From Eledone cirrhosa (taxonomy: Eukaryota), in assembly GCA_964016885.1 (NCBI GenBank), contig OZ024740.1, positions 250,480,001 through 250,544,000 of the forward strand: a stretch of DNA of 64,000 nt. The letters are read 5' to 3'. The number at the start of each line of letters is the position of its first letter. The first letter of the stretch is position 1. The notes beneath the pieces are model-generated. The model did not search any database. It was not told the origin of the DNA and saw only the letters and a program-made list of their open reading frames with translations. Shown piece by piece: positions 42,501 to 55,789 of this stretch. Position numbers and translations under genes: made by a program.

Positions 42501-45109
42501 GTCACGTCCAGCACCACCAACTTACCCTCTGGATCCAGGAAGATGGCCCGTATGGCGAGATCCAAACCTCTCCGAAAAAGCACAGCAACTCCTCCCCCCG
42601 ATCCAGGACGGCTGGGAGATGCGTACACATCGTAGCCGCCGAAGATCGGTGCGAATGCCCGTGCTTCGGAGATTCTGGTCTCGCTGATGGCCACTACATC
42701 TATGTTTAGTGACCTGAGGTCGTTGAGCAGGTGACCCTGCTTCCATGACGACCCCAAGCCACGCGCATTTATGCTACCTATTCTGAGTGAGGTCATGTTT
42801 AAAATAGAGTGGAAAAGATGGGAAAGACCACTTACCGTACTTTTCGTAGAGGAGGGATGGTTTTTCCAACCCTTTTCACTTGATCGTCTGGTGAAGGGAC
42901 TGTTGAATCGTCCCTTCGGCTGGTCGTCGGCTCTTCTATGAGTATGTCCGAATATACTCTTCGGTTTAGTGTCCCTCCTAGGTATCTGAAATCACCAACT
43001 GCGTTGGGGAATTTCGTTTTAATGTTTGTGTATTGTTTCTGTGCTATTTTTAGCAGTCTTATGTTAGTTGGCGTTTTGATTGGTGCTGGTATTATGTAGT
43101 CGTGTTGTGAAATGTCTGTGTATTCAATTATGTAAGTCATTAGTTTCTTGATGTGTGTATTTATTGCCGTGCATTTGTTTTTCTGAGGGTGGGGTGTGGT
43201 TCTGCTATTTTCTTGTCGTTGTTGCTGGGTGTGTGTGTTTTGTTGTTGTGTTTGCGATGTTGGTGCTTGTGGTGGTGGTGTTGAAAGTGTTGTTGGCGGT
43301 GGGGTTGTCGCCGGTGGTGATGGTGGTGCTAGTGTGGGTGGTGATGGTGTTGGTGGTGTTGCTGCTGTGAGTCTCTTTGCAGTAGCCTTTACCCTTTTTT
43401 CATTTCTTTCCTCCCTTTTCAAAGGCGACGATGCGCTGCTTCTGCGTTTGTGCCTTCTTACAACCTTTTGCCATCCCTCTACAACCTCACACTCCATGTC
43501 TGATTCTGTGAGCTCGGGGAGGGGTACCAGCTCCACTTTTCATTCGTTGTTGTTGGTGATGTTTGCACTGGAGTCTCTGTTGCAGCTGCATTTGGTATTG
43601 CTGTTGTTGTTGTTAATACTTCCACTGCTGCTGCTGTTTTTGATTTCCGTGGCGTGGGTATGGGTGCCACGGACCTATTGTTCCTGGTTGCCGCTTGTCC
43701 TATTGCTGGTAGCCGTGGAGCCGGTTTCGGAAGGAGGGGGGTTTTCTCCTTTCTCAGGGTCTTCTCGTTGTAGAAGGCCCTGAGGTGAGTCTTCGATCCA
43801 CAGCGAAAGCATTTCGGGCGTTTGCCCTCAACACTTATGGGCAGTTGAGTGCCGTTATCGAAGTCTATCACATCCGGGATAGCTTCGATGCACTCCTGGT
43901 TGGTTTGGATTAACATCTCAATGGAGGTGCCGACCCAATCTTCTCTTACTTTTTTCTGTACTTGCAGTACAGTTGTTTTGTCCTCGATTCCGACGAGGAC
44001 AGACGCGGCCAGCCAAGAAGGGGCCATCCCGGGGGGGGGGGTTAGTTTGACCCTCACAATTTTTTGCCCGCAGTAGGAGGGCACCAACACCATTTCCTCG
44101 CTCCTTAGGGTCACTAAGGATTGAGCCTTTGCCTCCTAGAGTGTGGCAAAAAGTACGTCTACGGTGGCATATTTCTTGCCTCGGGTGATGTGCGTTTTCC
44201 GCTGCCACACAGACCCCAAGGCGTTTTGTATTTGAGCCTCTGTGGCTTGTTCAACCCTACAGGATTTTGTACTTACTGTACGGTACGTGACCGTACAGTG
44301 CTGTTGGGTTTCGAAAAATGTTTCCGCTGCCTTGCAGATTGCTCGGTGTCCTGTTTTTGTCACCATCTTCTTCGCTTCCTCTAATTCCTCATTTGTTATG
44401 AGGATGGTTTCCAGGTTCTTTGCGATACCTGCAAATGTGTTGGTTTTTCTTTGTTGCTGTTGTTGTTGTTGTTGTCGTCAGAGCTGCTGTTACTTTTGTT
44501 GTTGCTGCAGGTACTACGACTACTGCCGCCGCCGCTGTTGCTGTGGTTGTTGTTGTTGTTGCTGCTGCTAATGCTGTTGTTGTTTATGCTGCTGCTGATG
44601 CTGTTGCGGCTGCTACTGTTGTTTTCATTGTCACTATTTCTGTTGTTATTACGGCTGCTACTGCTATTCAGACGAATGAAATGGGTTTTCGTATTTCCCG
44701 CACACCTGTTTCGTCGTTGTCGTCGTCGTCGTGGAGAAATCTTGCACGCTTTGCACGAGACTTTTCTTTTCTGTCGTCGCTTGCGAAAGAGAAGGGAGGG
44801 AGAGAGACAATCTTCTCTCTGCTGTAGTGACGATTGAGGAAGAAGAAGACGGAATGAGTGGGAGTGACCTATGAAAATTCTTTGTCGTAGCCATGTTGTT
44901 TTTTTGTTTAAAATAAATATTAGGCACAAAACCCCAATAAGCAGTTATTTAACCCCGAAGGGCCAAATAACGGGCAGAAAGACCCCTCTCACGAGGAGGA
45001 GGGTGTTTTTGTCTACAAGTTGGTTGAAGTTTTAAACAATTTACAATTGTTATAGCGGTCAAAATTTACAATACCTTACAGAGCCGAGCCTCCGTCAACC
45101 ATAGCATTC
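39564..45109 (-). mobile_element. L1/Tx1-clade LINE copy C (chimeric: D-like ORF1, B-like ORF2 and 3' UTR)
   Basis: ORF2 starts at 42796; 504-aa RT stretch 39796-41310; ORF1 knuckle CFRCGSKTHLRAF; 3' UTR nearly identical to copy B. Confidence 0.93.
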
Positions 45110-45139
45110 AATAATAATAATAATAATAATAATAATAAT
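45110..45139. repeat. (AAT)n junction between LINE copies C and D
   Basis: Seen directly. Confidence 0.95.
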
Positions 45140-48100
45140 TTCTTTATTGGCCACAAGGGCTGACATCAAGAAAAACATGACGGAACAGGACGGTACGATG
45201 TGTGTTTTGTGCGTGTAAATATTTTTATTATTTATATAAGAAAAGAAAAAAGACATAAAACATATATATATATAAACAATAAAATGAAAATTGAAACAAT
45301 GAAAAATTCCCCAATAGGGGGGGAAACCTCCGAGGGTTTCCCGTGGCGTAAACCACACAAAAGACAACGGCCACCCTGACTACCAGGGCAAGCGCCCTCT
45401 CTCAATTTTTCCATCTCTCAAACTACAGACGTATATTCAGAGTGGTCCCGTTCACTCGGACCATTCTCGCTACATTCACCCACCTTTCAACAAACTTGCT
45501 AGAAGGCAGCACTTGCCTCTCCACCCTGATTTTCCTCTTCAAGTAAAACTTGAAAAAGTTAATCAGGGATTCGCCGAAGAGGAAAGTGTTTGTCTTTAAT
45601 CCTTTTAACCTTGTCCACCACACAATCTCTTTCGCCATGGCCACCAGGCAGATGAAAACCGCCTGCCCTTCCTCCTGAAGGGAAGACGGCGAGACCATCT
45701 GCACAATGGACTCAGTCGACAACCGGATCACTCCCACACGTGACAGCAACTGTTCGACATAGCTCCACAAGTCAGCAATGCTCGGGCACTGAACGAGTGC
45801 GTGCACAACGGTTTCGTCGCTATGCGCGCATCTCGGACAGGCTCGGCTGACGGCACTTCCGTGCCTGTAGAGCTTATCTCGAACCGGCAGCGCTCCCCGG
45901 TAGCACTGCCAGGCCAGGGATTTTGGGAAGTTATCCATAGGCCCCGGGAGAGAGCAAGCAGCTGATCTTCTTCGATGCCCAGGATCTCTCCGAGAACGTC
46001 GTCGCTCTTCCCCATCCACTAGTCCTCTATAGAACGCCGAGGTGGATGTTCCACCGAAACTGGTGCCCAACTGGGAGAGGGCAGTGAGCGCCTGGAGACA
46101 TTCCAGTTTCCAAGCGCTATCCCTCGGACTTTTTCTGACCCAGGACTGCAGCTCCGTCAAGGAGACGAGCTGTGGGAAAATGTGCCTGGCGAACGGCGAC
46201 CACACCCGTTCACCATCAAGGAAGCACCAGAGATGTTGCAGCCTCAGCGCATGTTTGCGCATCATCAGCCATGGCATGCCCACTCCTCCACGCAACGGGT
46301 GTTGACAGCAGATGGATCTTCTGACCATGGGAGCGCGTCCCTTCCACAAAAAGCGGAAGAAGAGGCGCTCCATTTTGGTGAGAGTTGGGCTGGAGCAAGG
46401 GACGACGGTGAGGCGGTAGCAGATGACGGATGCGATGTACGCATTCGCCACCTCCACCCGGCCTTTCAGGGACAGCTTCCTCTCAGCCCATTTCTGGGTG
46501 AGGGAGGCCACCCTGCTCGTCACCTCGTTCCAGTTTTTCTCCATCTGGAGGTCCGGTCCGAACCAGACCCCGAGCAATGTAACCGGTCCGTCCGTCTAAC
46601 GCCCCACGACGCTGTCGGACGGCATGGACTTGCCTCTACAGGTGCCTAGCTGCAAGCCCACCGACTTTTCCTAGTTTATCTTTGCTCCTGTCACCATTTC
46701 GTATTCCTTGAGAGCGATGCCGAGCATCTGGACGTGTCTGGTGCTCGACACCACCACGGTGACGTCGTCCGCGTAAGCCGACTCGGATTTACCGCATCCT
46801 AGTTCGCGTGGGACGCCCCTCATCGCCCCCAGTTTGTGCAGTAACGGCTCGAGTGCCAATACGTACAAGAGGGACGAGAGGGGACAACCCTGGCGGACTG
46901 AGCGCATGATGCTGAACGGCTGCGACAGGTGACCGTTCACCCTCACAACTGAGCAGATGTCGCTGTACATTGCTGCGATCCAACGCCTGAAAACGGGCCC
47001 GAAACCGGCTGCCTCGAGGACCGCCGCCAGGTACCGTTGGTCGACCCTATCGAATGCTTTGGATTGATCCAAGTTGATCAGGGCCCCACCCTTGCCAGGT
47101 TCCTTAACCACCCTCTCTATGATGTATCGCATGAGGTGGAGGTTGTCGTGTATGGATCTGTCCGGGATGGCGCATGTCTGCGCCTCTCCCACCAGACTCT
47201 TGACGATAAGCGCAAACCTCGTTGCTAACACCATGGTCAAAATCTTGAACTCTGCGTTTAGCAGAGTTATGGGCTTGAAATTATCAATAACATCCCCCTT
47301 GTTCGGGTCTTTTCCCAGCAGCGCCACTGCTCCCCGGCTCACAAAACTGGGAATGCTCGCGCCTCTGCCACCCGAGCCCATTGGACGGCTTTTGTCCCCT
47401 CGTGTTTCAGAGCACGCGCTCTAGCTCTGACAACGCAGCCTTCGTGTTTTGCGTTGAAGAATTGGTCGAGTGCCAATCTCGCCGCAAGCACGTCGGTTGC
47501 GATGCCTATCCTAAACGCCTCTTCTAGCTTTCTGACTAGCTCTCCCTCTACTCTATTTTCCTCTATCAGTACTCCTTTGCTAAACCTAATTGACTCTACT
47601 TTAATTGTCCTTTTCAGGGCGAACCATCACCTGTTGTTGACGACCGCTCCCGTCAACGCCCGCTTAACTAATACACTAATCCGGTCTCTGTAGGCCTTGC
47701 GCGCCGGGAAAGACGCGTTCAGCTTCCAGTAACCAGGCCCTTGTCTATGAAGTCTGTCTATGTCGATCTCACAGATCACAAATTTGTGGTCTGTGTAGTC
47801 GACTATTTTAAATTGTGGACAACTTATACTAGCCTTATCTAGTTCCCTGCAGAATACCCTATCTAGATACGATCTGGATGACCCGATGCGGTTTGTCCAT
47901 GTCCACATTGGCACATTCGGGTGATCCAGTCGATACCTGTCAGACAGTTCAAAACGTCTGAGCAGGTTGGTGAGGCTCTTGCACCCTCCTCCCCTATCCA
48001 CTAGCCCCACACGATCCCAGCGTGCATCCAAGATACCGTTCCAGTCGCCCACTAACACTAAAGAGCGGGACGTTCCAAGAAAGGTCTCTAGACGTCTGAA

Positions 48101-50757
48101 GAAATCTGGCCGTCCTGCCCCTGTTGGGGCGTAGACGGCTACTAGCCTGAAAGCATTGCCTTCGCTGCCGGTCACGTCCAGCACCACCGACTTACCTTCT
48201 GGGTCCAGGAAGATGGCCCGTATCGCGAGATCCAAGCCTCTCCGAAAAAGGACGGCAACCCCTCCCCCACGATCCTGGACAGCTGGGCGATGCGTATACA
48301 TCGTAGCCGCCGAAGATCGGTGCGAAGGCCCGTGCTCGGAGGATCTGGTTTCACTGATTGCCACCACATCTATGTTTAGTGACCTGAGGTCATTGAGCAG
48401 GTGACCCTGCTTCCAAGATGACCCCAGGCCACGTGCATTTATACTGCCTATTCTGAGTACAGCCATGTTGGATGAGAAACGAGGCAAATGAGAAAGGGTC
48501 ACTTACCTTGTTCGTGTGGTGAAGGGACAGTAGAACCGTCCCTTTCGCTGGTCATGGGTGTTTCCAAGAGGATGTCAGTGTATATCCTCTTGTTAACCGT
48601 CCCTCTGAAGTCTCCAACCGCGTTGGGGAATTTTTGTTTTAAAAGTGTGTACTGTTCTATTGATATTTCAATGATGCTTATGTTTGTCGGGAGAGTTCTT
48701 GGTGTTGGTGGGGTGTAGTAGTTTTTTTCCGTGATGTCTGTGCGCTGCTTTATATATTTTATGAGTTCTTTTTTTGCTATGTTTATGGCTGTGTACTTTT
48801 TGGGGGGAGGGGTGATTTTGTTGCCGTTTTCTTCTTGTTGCTGTTTGAAGTGTGTGTCTTGTGTTTGCGTTGTTGGTGTTTGTGGTGGTGTTGCTGCAAG
48901 TTTCCTTGCTGCCTTTACCCCTCTTTGTATGCCTTCGCTTTTGTTTTTTGTTTTTTTGTGGCACACTGTTTGCCACGTCACGCCCGCCTCAAATTACATG
49001 TCGGATTCTGTAGCGTCTGGGAGGGGTATGTGCTCCACGGCTGTTGGTGGTGGTAGTGGAGCCCTCTTCGGCAATGTTGTTGCTGGTGTAGCTATTTCAA
49101 ATGAAGCTATTGGTGTTGCCGCTACTGATGATGCTGCTTTAGTTATCCGTGGCCTTGGTACGGGTGCTACGGACGTTGCCCTCCTACTCACAGTGGAAGG
49201 GGCTTCTTCGTTTGTTGTCTGTCCTGCTCTTGGTAGCAGCCGACCAGGTATTGGAAGGAGAGGGGCCCTCTTCGGTGTCTTCTGCGGGCAAAAGGCCCTG
49301 AGGTGACCTTTCGACCCACAGAGATAACATTTTGGCCGTCTTCCTTCTACACTTATAGGGAGTTGGAGTCCTTCCTCAAAGTCTATGATATCGGGGATAG
49401 CCTCGATACATTCCTGGTCAGTTTGTATAAGCATTTGCATGCCTATACCTGACCAGTTCTCTCTCCCTATTTTTTCTTCTTGCAGCATGGTCGCCCTGTT
49501 CTCAATTCCAGCAAGGACAGACGTGGCCAGCCAAGGTTTGGGCACGTCGGGTGGGACCTGGGTCACTTTGACCCTCACAATTTTCTGCCCGCAGTAGGAG
49601 GGCACCAAGACTAACACCTCACTCTTTAGGGTTTCCAAAGAGTGAGACTTTGTTTCCTGGGGGGTGGCGAAAAGTACGTCTACTGTGGCGTACTTTCTGC
49701 CTCGGGTGATGTAGGTTTTGCGTGCCCAGACGCACCCCAAAGCCTTTTGGATTTGAGCCTCCGTGGCTCTCTCCACTCGATGTGAGATTTTGCTTACGGT
49801 GCGGTAATTCACCGTTCGTAGCTGCTGGTCCTTGAAAAAATCGGGTGGAGGTTTCAGGGAAACTCTATTTGCGCTTCTTGTCACCATGGCCCTTGAGACT
49901 GCCACCTCCTCCTCTGTGACTAACACTGTCTCGATATTTCGGGCGACACCTGCAAAAGAAGAGGTCCCTTTTTCAGCAGCACCACTATTGCTGCCGCTAC
50001 TGGTCTTACTGGTGGTGCTGAGGTCGCTATTACAAGTATCGGTGTCATTGTTGTTCTTTTCGCTGGTACAGTTGTTGGTGTTGTTTTCGTTGATACTGTT
50101 GCTGCTGTTACTGTTATTGTGGCTGTTGTTATTATTGTTGTTTTTGTTGATACTGTTCCTACTATTATTGTTGTTGTGGCTGTTGTTATTGTCATTGTTA
50201 TTGTCGTTCTCGACCTTACCGCTGTTATTTTTGTTATTGTCGTTCTCGACCTTACCGCTGTTATTTTTGTTATTGTCGTTCTCGACCTTACCGCTGTTAT
50301 TTTTGTTATTGTCGTTCTCGACCTTACCGCTGTTATTTTTGGTGTTGTTGTTGGTGATGTTGTTGGTGTTATTGTTGGTGTTGTTTGTGTTAGAAATATT
50401 TGTTAATTTTAAATCTGTAACAATCTTTTTTTCCTTTGTAATATTTTCGTTTATATTTACCTCCGCTGGAACGCTGTCTTGCTGATAAAGTCTCCCTCTC
50501 TCTGTGTTGTCTGACAGCGCTCTCTCTCTTTTTTGTGTTATCCATGTTGAAATTTTTCAAAAAATATTTTTACACAAATACGAATACGACATCCCGTAAA
50601 GGGGTGCCGTATTATTTACTAGTGAACCCCTGTATTAGGTGGGTCACTTCTAAACTTTTATCAAATTTAAAACTTGAATAAAAGGTTTAGAACGGTTGAA
50701 AAAGAGGTAAAACGTTGAAAAAGACTGGAGGCGATAAGAAGCGTGGCTTCACCGACC
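45140..50757 (-). mobile_element. L1/Tx1-clade LINE copy D
   Basis: ORF1 with CYLCGSKGHLRAFC knuckle; ORF2 starts MAVLRIGSINARGL at 48466 with APE, RT (AYADD) and CPRC..H..C motifs; frameshifts and deletions. Confidence 0.93.
50195..50340. repeat. 33-bp minisatellite, about 4 copies, in the 5' part of copy D
   Basis: ttgttattgtcgttctcgaccttaccgctgttattt repeated. Confidence 0.92.
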
Positions 50758-50789
<32 letters not shown>

Positions 50790-50802
50790 TAATAATAATA
50801 AT
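50758..50802. repeat. (AAT)n junction between LINE copy D and the R4-like element
   Basis: Seen directly. Confidence 0.95.
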
Positions 50803-53800
50803 GATCCTTTTTACCTCCCACTTTAAGTCCTGGTATCGGTTAATTTTCTCCACTCTCCTTTTCTTGCACTCTCGTGTCGAATGGACAGGCCACATCCACA
50901 ATCAGGCACGATATTTTTTCTTTGTCCAAAACCACCAGGTCTGGTCTATTGTGTTCCAGTTTCTTGTCCGTCTGTATCCTAAAATCCCACAGCACCTTCA
51001 CCTGATCGTTTTCTATCACCGACTCTGGCTTATGCTCATACCACTTCTCAGAATGTGGTAAATTGTTTACTTTGCATAGGTGCCAGTGGATCACCTTGCC
51101 CATCACATCATGTCTCCAGCCCTTATAGTGAGTCTGGGCTAAGTGTTTACACTCGGATACAATGTGAGCCACAGTCACCTCTCTCTCTCCACAGATCCTG
51201 CACAGTGGGCTAGCCTCATCCTTGCAAATATGGTGTTTCAACCACTTCGTTTTGAGGGCCTGCTCGTGCGCATCCATTAACATTCCTTCTGTAGCCTTTT
51301 TAAGGTCTCCTCTTTTCAACCAGTTCCATGTCTGTGGATCTCTGAATTCAGTTTTCTCAAAGAAGGTACTATGAAGGGATTTTTCCGGAAGGCTGCTCTT
51401 TTTCATTGTTGTTATTTCCTCCTTGGACATCCCCTGGTCTATTGTCCTCTCCTTCAGTACAGTTCTGAGCATTGGCTCCTTACTATCAGTCACGTATTTG
51501 TGTAGGTTGTTTTTCTCCATCTGAACACAGTCCTCTATGCTGATAAGACCTCTTCCACCTTCAGATCTCCTTAAGTAGAGTCTATCGACATCACTCCTGT
51601 TGTGGAACATATTGTAGATAGTCAATAATTTCCTAGACTTCCTATCCATTTCTTTTTGTTCAGCAACATTCCATCTCAGAATTCCCGCACTGTACCTAAT
51701 AATAGACACAGCTCGGGAATTTACTGCACTTACGGCATTTACTGCACTTACTGCACTTACGGCATTTACTGAATTTACGGCATTCCTACTGTTCAGATGT
51801 GACTTTAATACGCTCCTTACTCTCCGCATGTATTCAGTTCTTATCAATTCCTTCATTTTTTTGTTATTGATGTCATCAGCCTCCAGAACACCCAAATACT
51901 TGTATCCCTCCTCAGTGTCAATCTCCTTTATCATCTCACCTGTTGGTACCTGGATTCCGTTACTTCTGCTCAATTTACCCTCTTCATCACAAGGACTCCA
52001 CCCTTACTAATACCAAATTGCATATATATATCATTGCTGAAAATACGTACAGTGTCAACAAGCACATCCAACTCCTTCTCACTCTTCCCGAAGAGCTTAA
52101 GATCGTCCATGAAGAGGAGGTGATTGATGGTAAGCTCTCCCTTTCCCAACTTGTATCCTGCTCTCACTTTTCGCAGTATAATGGCCAGGGGCATCAGGGC
52201 AAGGACAAACAACAGAGGGGACAGACTATCTCCCTGGAAGATACCTCTCTTGATCTTCACGCCTCCCAAGGATTCTCCAGCTGATGTTAACTCTGTTTCC
52301 CAGGACTTCATACGTTTGCCCAACAACTGTCTGATGTTATCTGCCACCCTGAAGATCTCTAGGCTTTTGGTGATCCAAGAATGAGGCACCATGTCAAATG
52401 CCTTTTTGTAGTCTATCCATCCCATGGCAAGCCCAGTGTGTCTCCTCTTGCAATTCCTCATTACCATCTTATCAATAAGTAACTGGTCCTTTGTACCACG
52501 GGACTTCTTTCGGCATCCTTTCTGTTCGTCCGGTAACAGGTTGTTTGTGTGGAGGTGATGGTAGATTTCTTCAGACATAATGCTTGTCAACAGTTTCCAC
52601 ATTACGGACAGACATGTGATAGGTCTATAGTTGGTAACATCATTACCCTTGATTCGGTCTTTCATTATCAGAACTGTGGTACCTTTTGTCAACCACTCTG
52701 GCACCTCACCTGACATCAAGCAGTCATTGAACATGGTTGTCCGTTTCGGGTGGAGGGATGTTATATTTTTAATCCAATACCCCTGTACACCATCTGGGCC
52801 TGGTGATTTCCAGTTGGTTAGTTTTTTGTCCTGCCCCTTAAGAGTTTCAACTGTGATACTCAAATCAGTTTGTTGGTGTGCCTGTTCACTAATCTCCTTC
52901 TGTACTGTCTCAATCCACACTGCCTGGTGATTATGTTTAACATCCTGCTCCCATATTCCTCTCCAGAATGTTTTAGTTTGTTCCGCCTCAGGGATCAAGG
53001 CGTTGCCTCTTTCTTTCCCTTCAAGCTGTCCAAACAACATCTTCTGGTTGTTGTCAAACATGCGGTTCTGTCTATACTGACTGACTCTGCTCTCGTATCG
53101 CCTAATCTTTGCACTCTTTGCTACAATGCGTTGCTTCAATTCCTCTATGATAATATTTAGCTTTTTCCTCCTAGTTTTGTACTTTATTTCCAGTCTATTT
53201 TTAGTGTCTATGTTTTTTAGTGTCCCATTCAGTAGGGACTCAAGCTTTCCAATGTCATTTCTCATTTCCCTGATTTGACCACTCAGTCGTTTCTTCCACC
53301 AAGGCTCTGATCTTTCTTGTTTGTTGTTTCCTCTCGCTTTTATACCAAGTAATTTCCTCACCGTATTTGCTGTTGCTTTGGGGATATTGTTGCACTGGTG
53401 AAGGCTCCTCGCCTCAAGGTATGGGATGACTTTGTTTACCTTAGCAGTTGTTTCTTTTAACTTTTTCCTGTCTACAAATCTTAGGTTCATAGGTTTCCCA
53501 CTATCATTGTTCAATTCATCTACCACTAAGTTTAGGATATCAACCAAATCTTGTCCCAGCTCGTCAGCATTCATCTCCTCAATGGCCGTATCTCTCTTCC
53601 AGGTATTATTTATTTCAGCATTCAGATCATTGTCTGCTTCGCATGGTTCCTCCGTTCTCTCAACCTCTTCACCTTCATTTCCCACTGGCTCGTTTGCCTG
53701 GCATACTCCACTCTCCATTTCCAAGCTAATCTCTCTGCTCATTTCCTCCAGTTCCAGCTCGCTTATCCACCCCTTAGTTCTTATTACTCGAGCCTGCCCG

Positions 53801-54053
53801 GCCAATTTTTGTTCATCTAATTTAAATAGACCAATCTCGTTCAAGATGTTATGCATCCGTTTCCTATAGCCTTTCTCCTTGGGGTTACTCTTCAGGTAAC
53901 ATTGCATAATAGTTTATTCAATTCTTTCGTCCAGTTGGTTCTGGTCCCTTTCCTTCTTCTTCTTCCTCCGACATCAGCAGTATATGGTTGACAGCCAGGT
54001 CCCTGCTGCTGAGCCAGGGAGCACCTGATGGGTGAGAGTCTGTCACATGACAT
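50803..54053 (-). pseudogene. R4/Dong-clade non-LTR retrotransposon ORF (RT, CCHC, restriction-like endonuclease), few frameshifts, 3' end displaced
   Basis: NWKSPGPDGVQGYWIK, NYRPITCL, IDYKKAFD, GIFQGDSLSP, HLLFMDDLK, CRICGEREVTVAHIVSEC, RHD, LWDFRIQTD..NRPDLVV..IVDVACPFD. Confidence 0.92.
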
Positions 54054-55556
54054 TCTAGTCTCCACTTCACCGTTATTCGAATTGTTTAGGTTTATCGAGG
54101 ATTGGTGAATGTATGGTTACATAATCACCGGTGATTTCATCACCTCCGGTGATTTCGTCACTCCCGGTGATTTGTGTGTGGCACTACCACGCTGTAGACG
54201 AACATAAATAAACAAACAAACAAACAGGCAAAAAAAAAAAAAAAAGAATAAGCATAGGTTTCATTGTAATGTAATGTTTGAATGTCTGACTTAGATTTTC
54301 CCCTCCCTTCTCTGTCCGTCTGTCTGTTTTTCTCTTCATTTTTCTTTTCTTTACGTCTTTCGTTGTTGCTGTGCTGCTTTGATTTTGACCGGGTCATCAA
54401 ATCAGTCTATTTATATATTTTGATGCCTTTCTCTTTTAGTGGGGACACTACGATGTAGCAGGAGGTAGTGGGAGAGAATAGCGGCGGTAGTGATAATGAG
54501 GCAGTGGTGGTGGTGGTGGTGGTGGTGGTGCTGTGCTAGTAGTACTTAGCAGGAGGTAGTGGGAGAGAATAGCGGCGGTAGCGATAATGAGTCAGTGGTG
54601 GTGGTGATGTGATCGTAGTACTGTAGTGATGGTGTTGAAGTTGTAGTAGAAATAGAAGTTGAGGTAACTTGACCAGAGTTTTTAGCGTGGTAGTGGTGGT
54701 GGTGTTGGTGGTGAAATTATCTTCTCCGTCCACTTAGCCATTTAGCTATTTAGCTATTTAGTCATTTAGTCATTTTGCCATTTTCCTCCTTTTCGACTCT
54801 AACATTCCTGATTCAAAATTAAATATTAATATTGTTTATTAATATTGTCTAGTGATACCGCCACCTTTCCCTTTCGTAAGTTAACAGAAGGTAATGGGGG
54901 AATAGCGGTGGTAGCAATGAAGGAGTGGTGGCGGCGGTGATGGGATAGTGGTAGCAATGATGGATGGAGTGGTGGCGGCGTGACTATAGTGATGGCGTTT
55001 TCGTTACTGAGTTTTGTTGAATAGACTGTAGTTGTTTGACCGTTTGATCGGCGTATCTATGCGGTTAGTCGCGTATGTTTAATATATGTGTTGACATATT
55101 TACTTAATATTGGATTAACATTTTGTGAAAACTTGAGACAATAATAATAGTAATTATTATTATTATGCTGGGGTTGGTGGTGGTGAAATTGCCGTTATCT
55201 GGCTGTTGTATTTAGTGTACAGAGAGGTGATGGGATAGGTGGTGTATCTAGTTTGTGGTGTTGGTGAAATTGCTGCTATTTGGCTGTTCTATATAGTGTA
55301 GACAGAGGGGGTTTTCTTCCATTTATAACCATTTTCTTTTTTGAATATAAAATGTATATTACAAAATTTAATATTTGAGTGATATAACAGAATATTATGG
55401 ATCCGAATTTTTCTGATAGTTGAGTCTGGTGCTTTATGCATCATTTGTATTAAGAATTCTTATTTCACAATTGATTTAAATATGTTAAAAATCAAAAAAC
55501 GTACGGCAGCGATTTCACGACCTTCTATCCACCATATGCGTCTTCTTCCCTAAGTC

Positions 55557-55789
55557 AAAGTGGTCCCGATTGTCATAGGCGCACTAGGTACTATCTCAAA
55601 AACTTTCCAGGGATGGTTAAAGAAAATTGGCCCCGCCACGCTTTTTGGAACGCTTCAAAAGGCATGCTTGCTGGGAACAGCAAGAACCCTCCGATACGTC
55701 CTGAATATCTGAGGCTGCAGGTAGTGGCTTGATATTCATTTCAACAAACTTTCCAGTTAACTAACATCAATGACTGAGACTCAAAGAAC
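55557..55789 (+). mobile_element. 3' end of the R4/Dong-like element, followed by (AAT)n
   Basis: KVVPIVIGALG...LQKACLLGTARTLRYVLNI stop plus 3' UTR; continues the ORF broken at 50803. Confidence 0.9.

Noticed and set aside
50195-50340. Regular 33-bp repeats resembling a CRISPR array
   Set aside because: Contiguous tandem units with no unique spacers, inside a eukaryotic LINE.
36202-50485. Long antisense or alternative-frame ORFs over the LINEs (for example 38262-38819, 43196-43783, 49832-50485)
   Set aside because: Shadow ORFs of GC-rich or low-complexity LINE sequence with no recognisable motifs.
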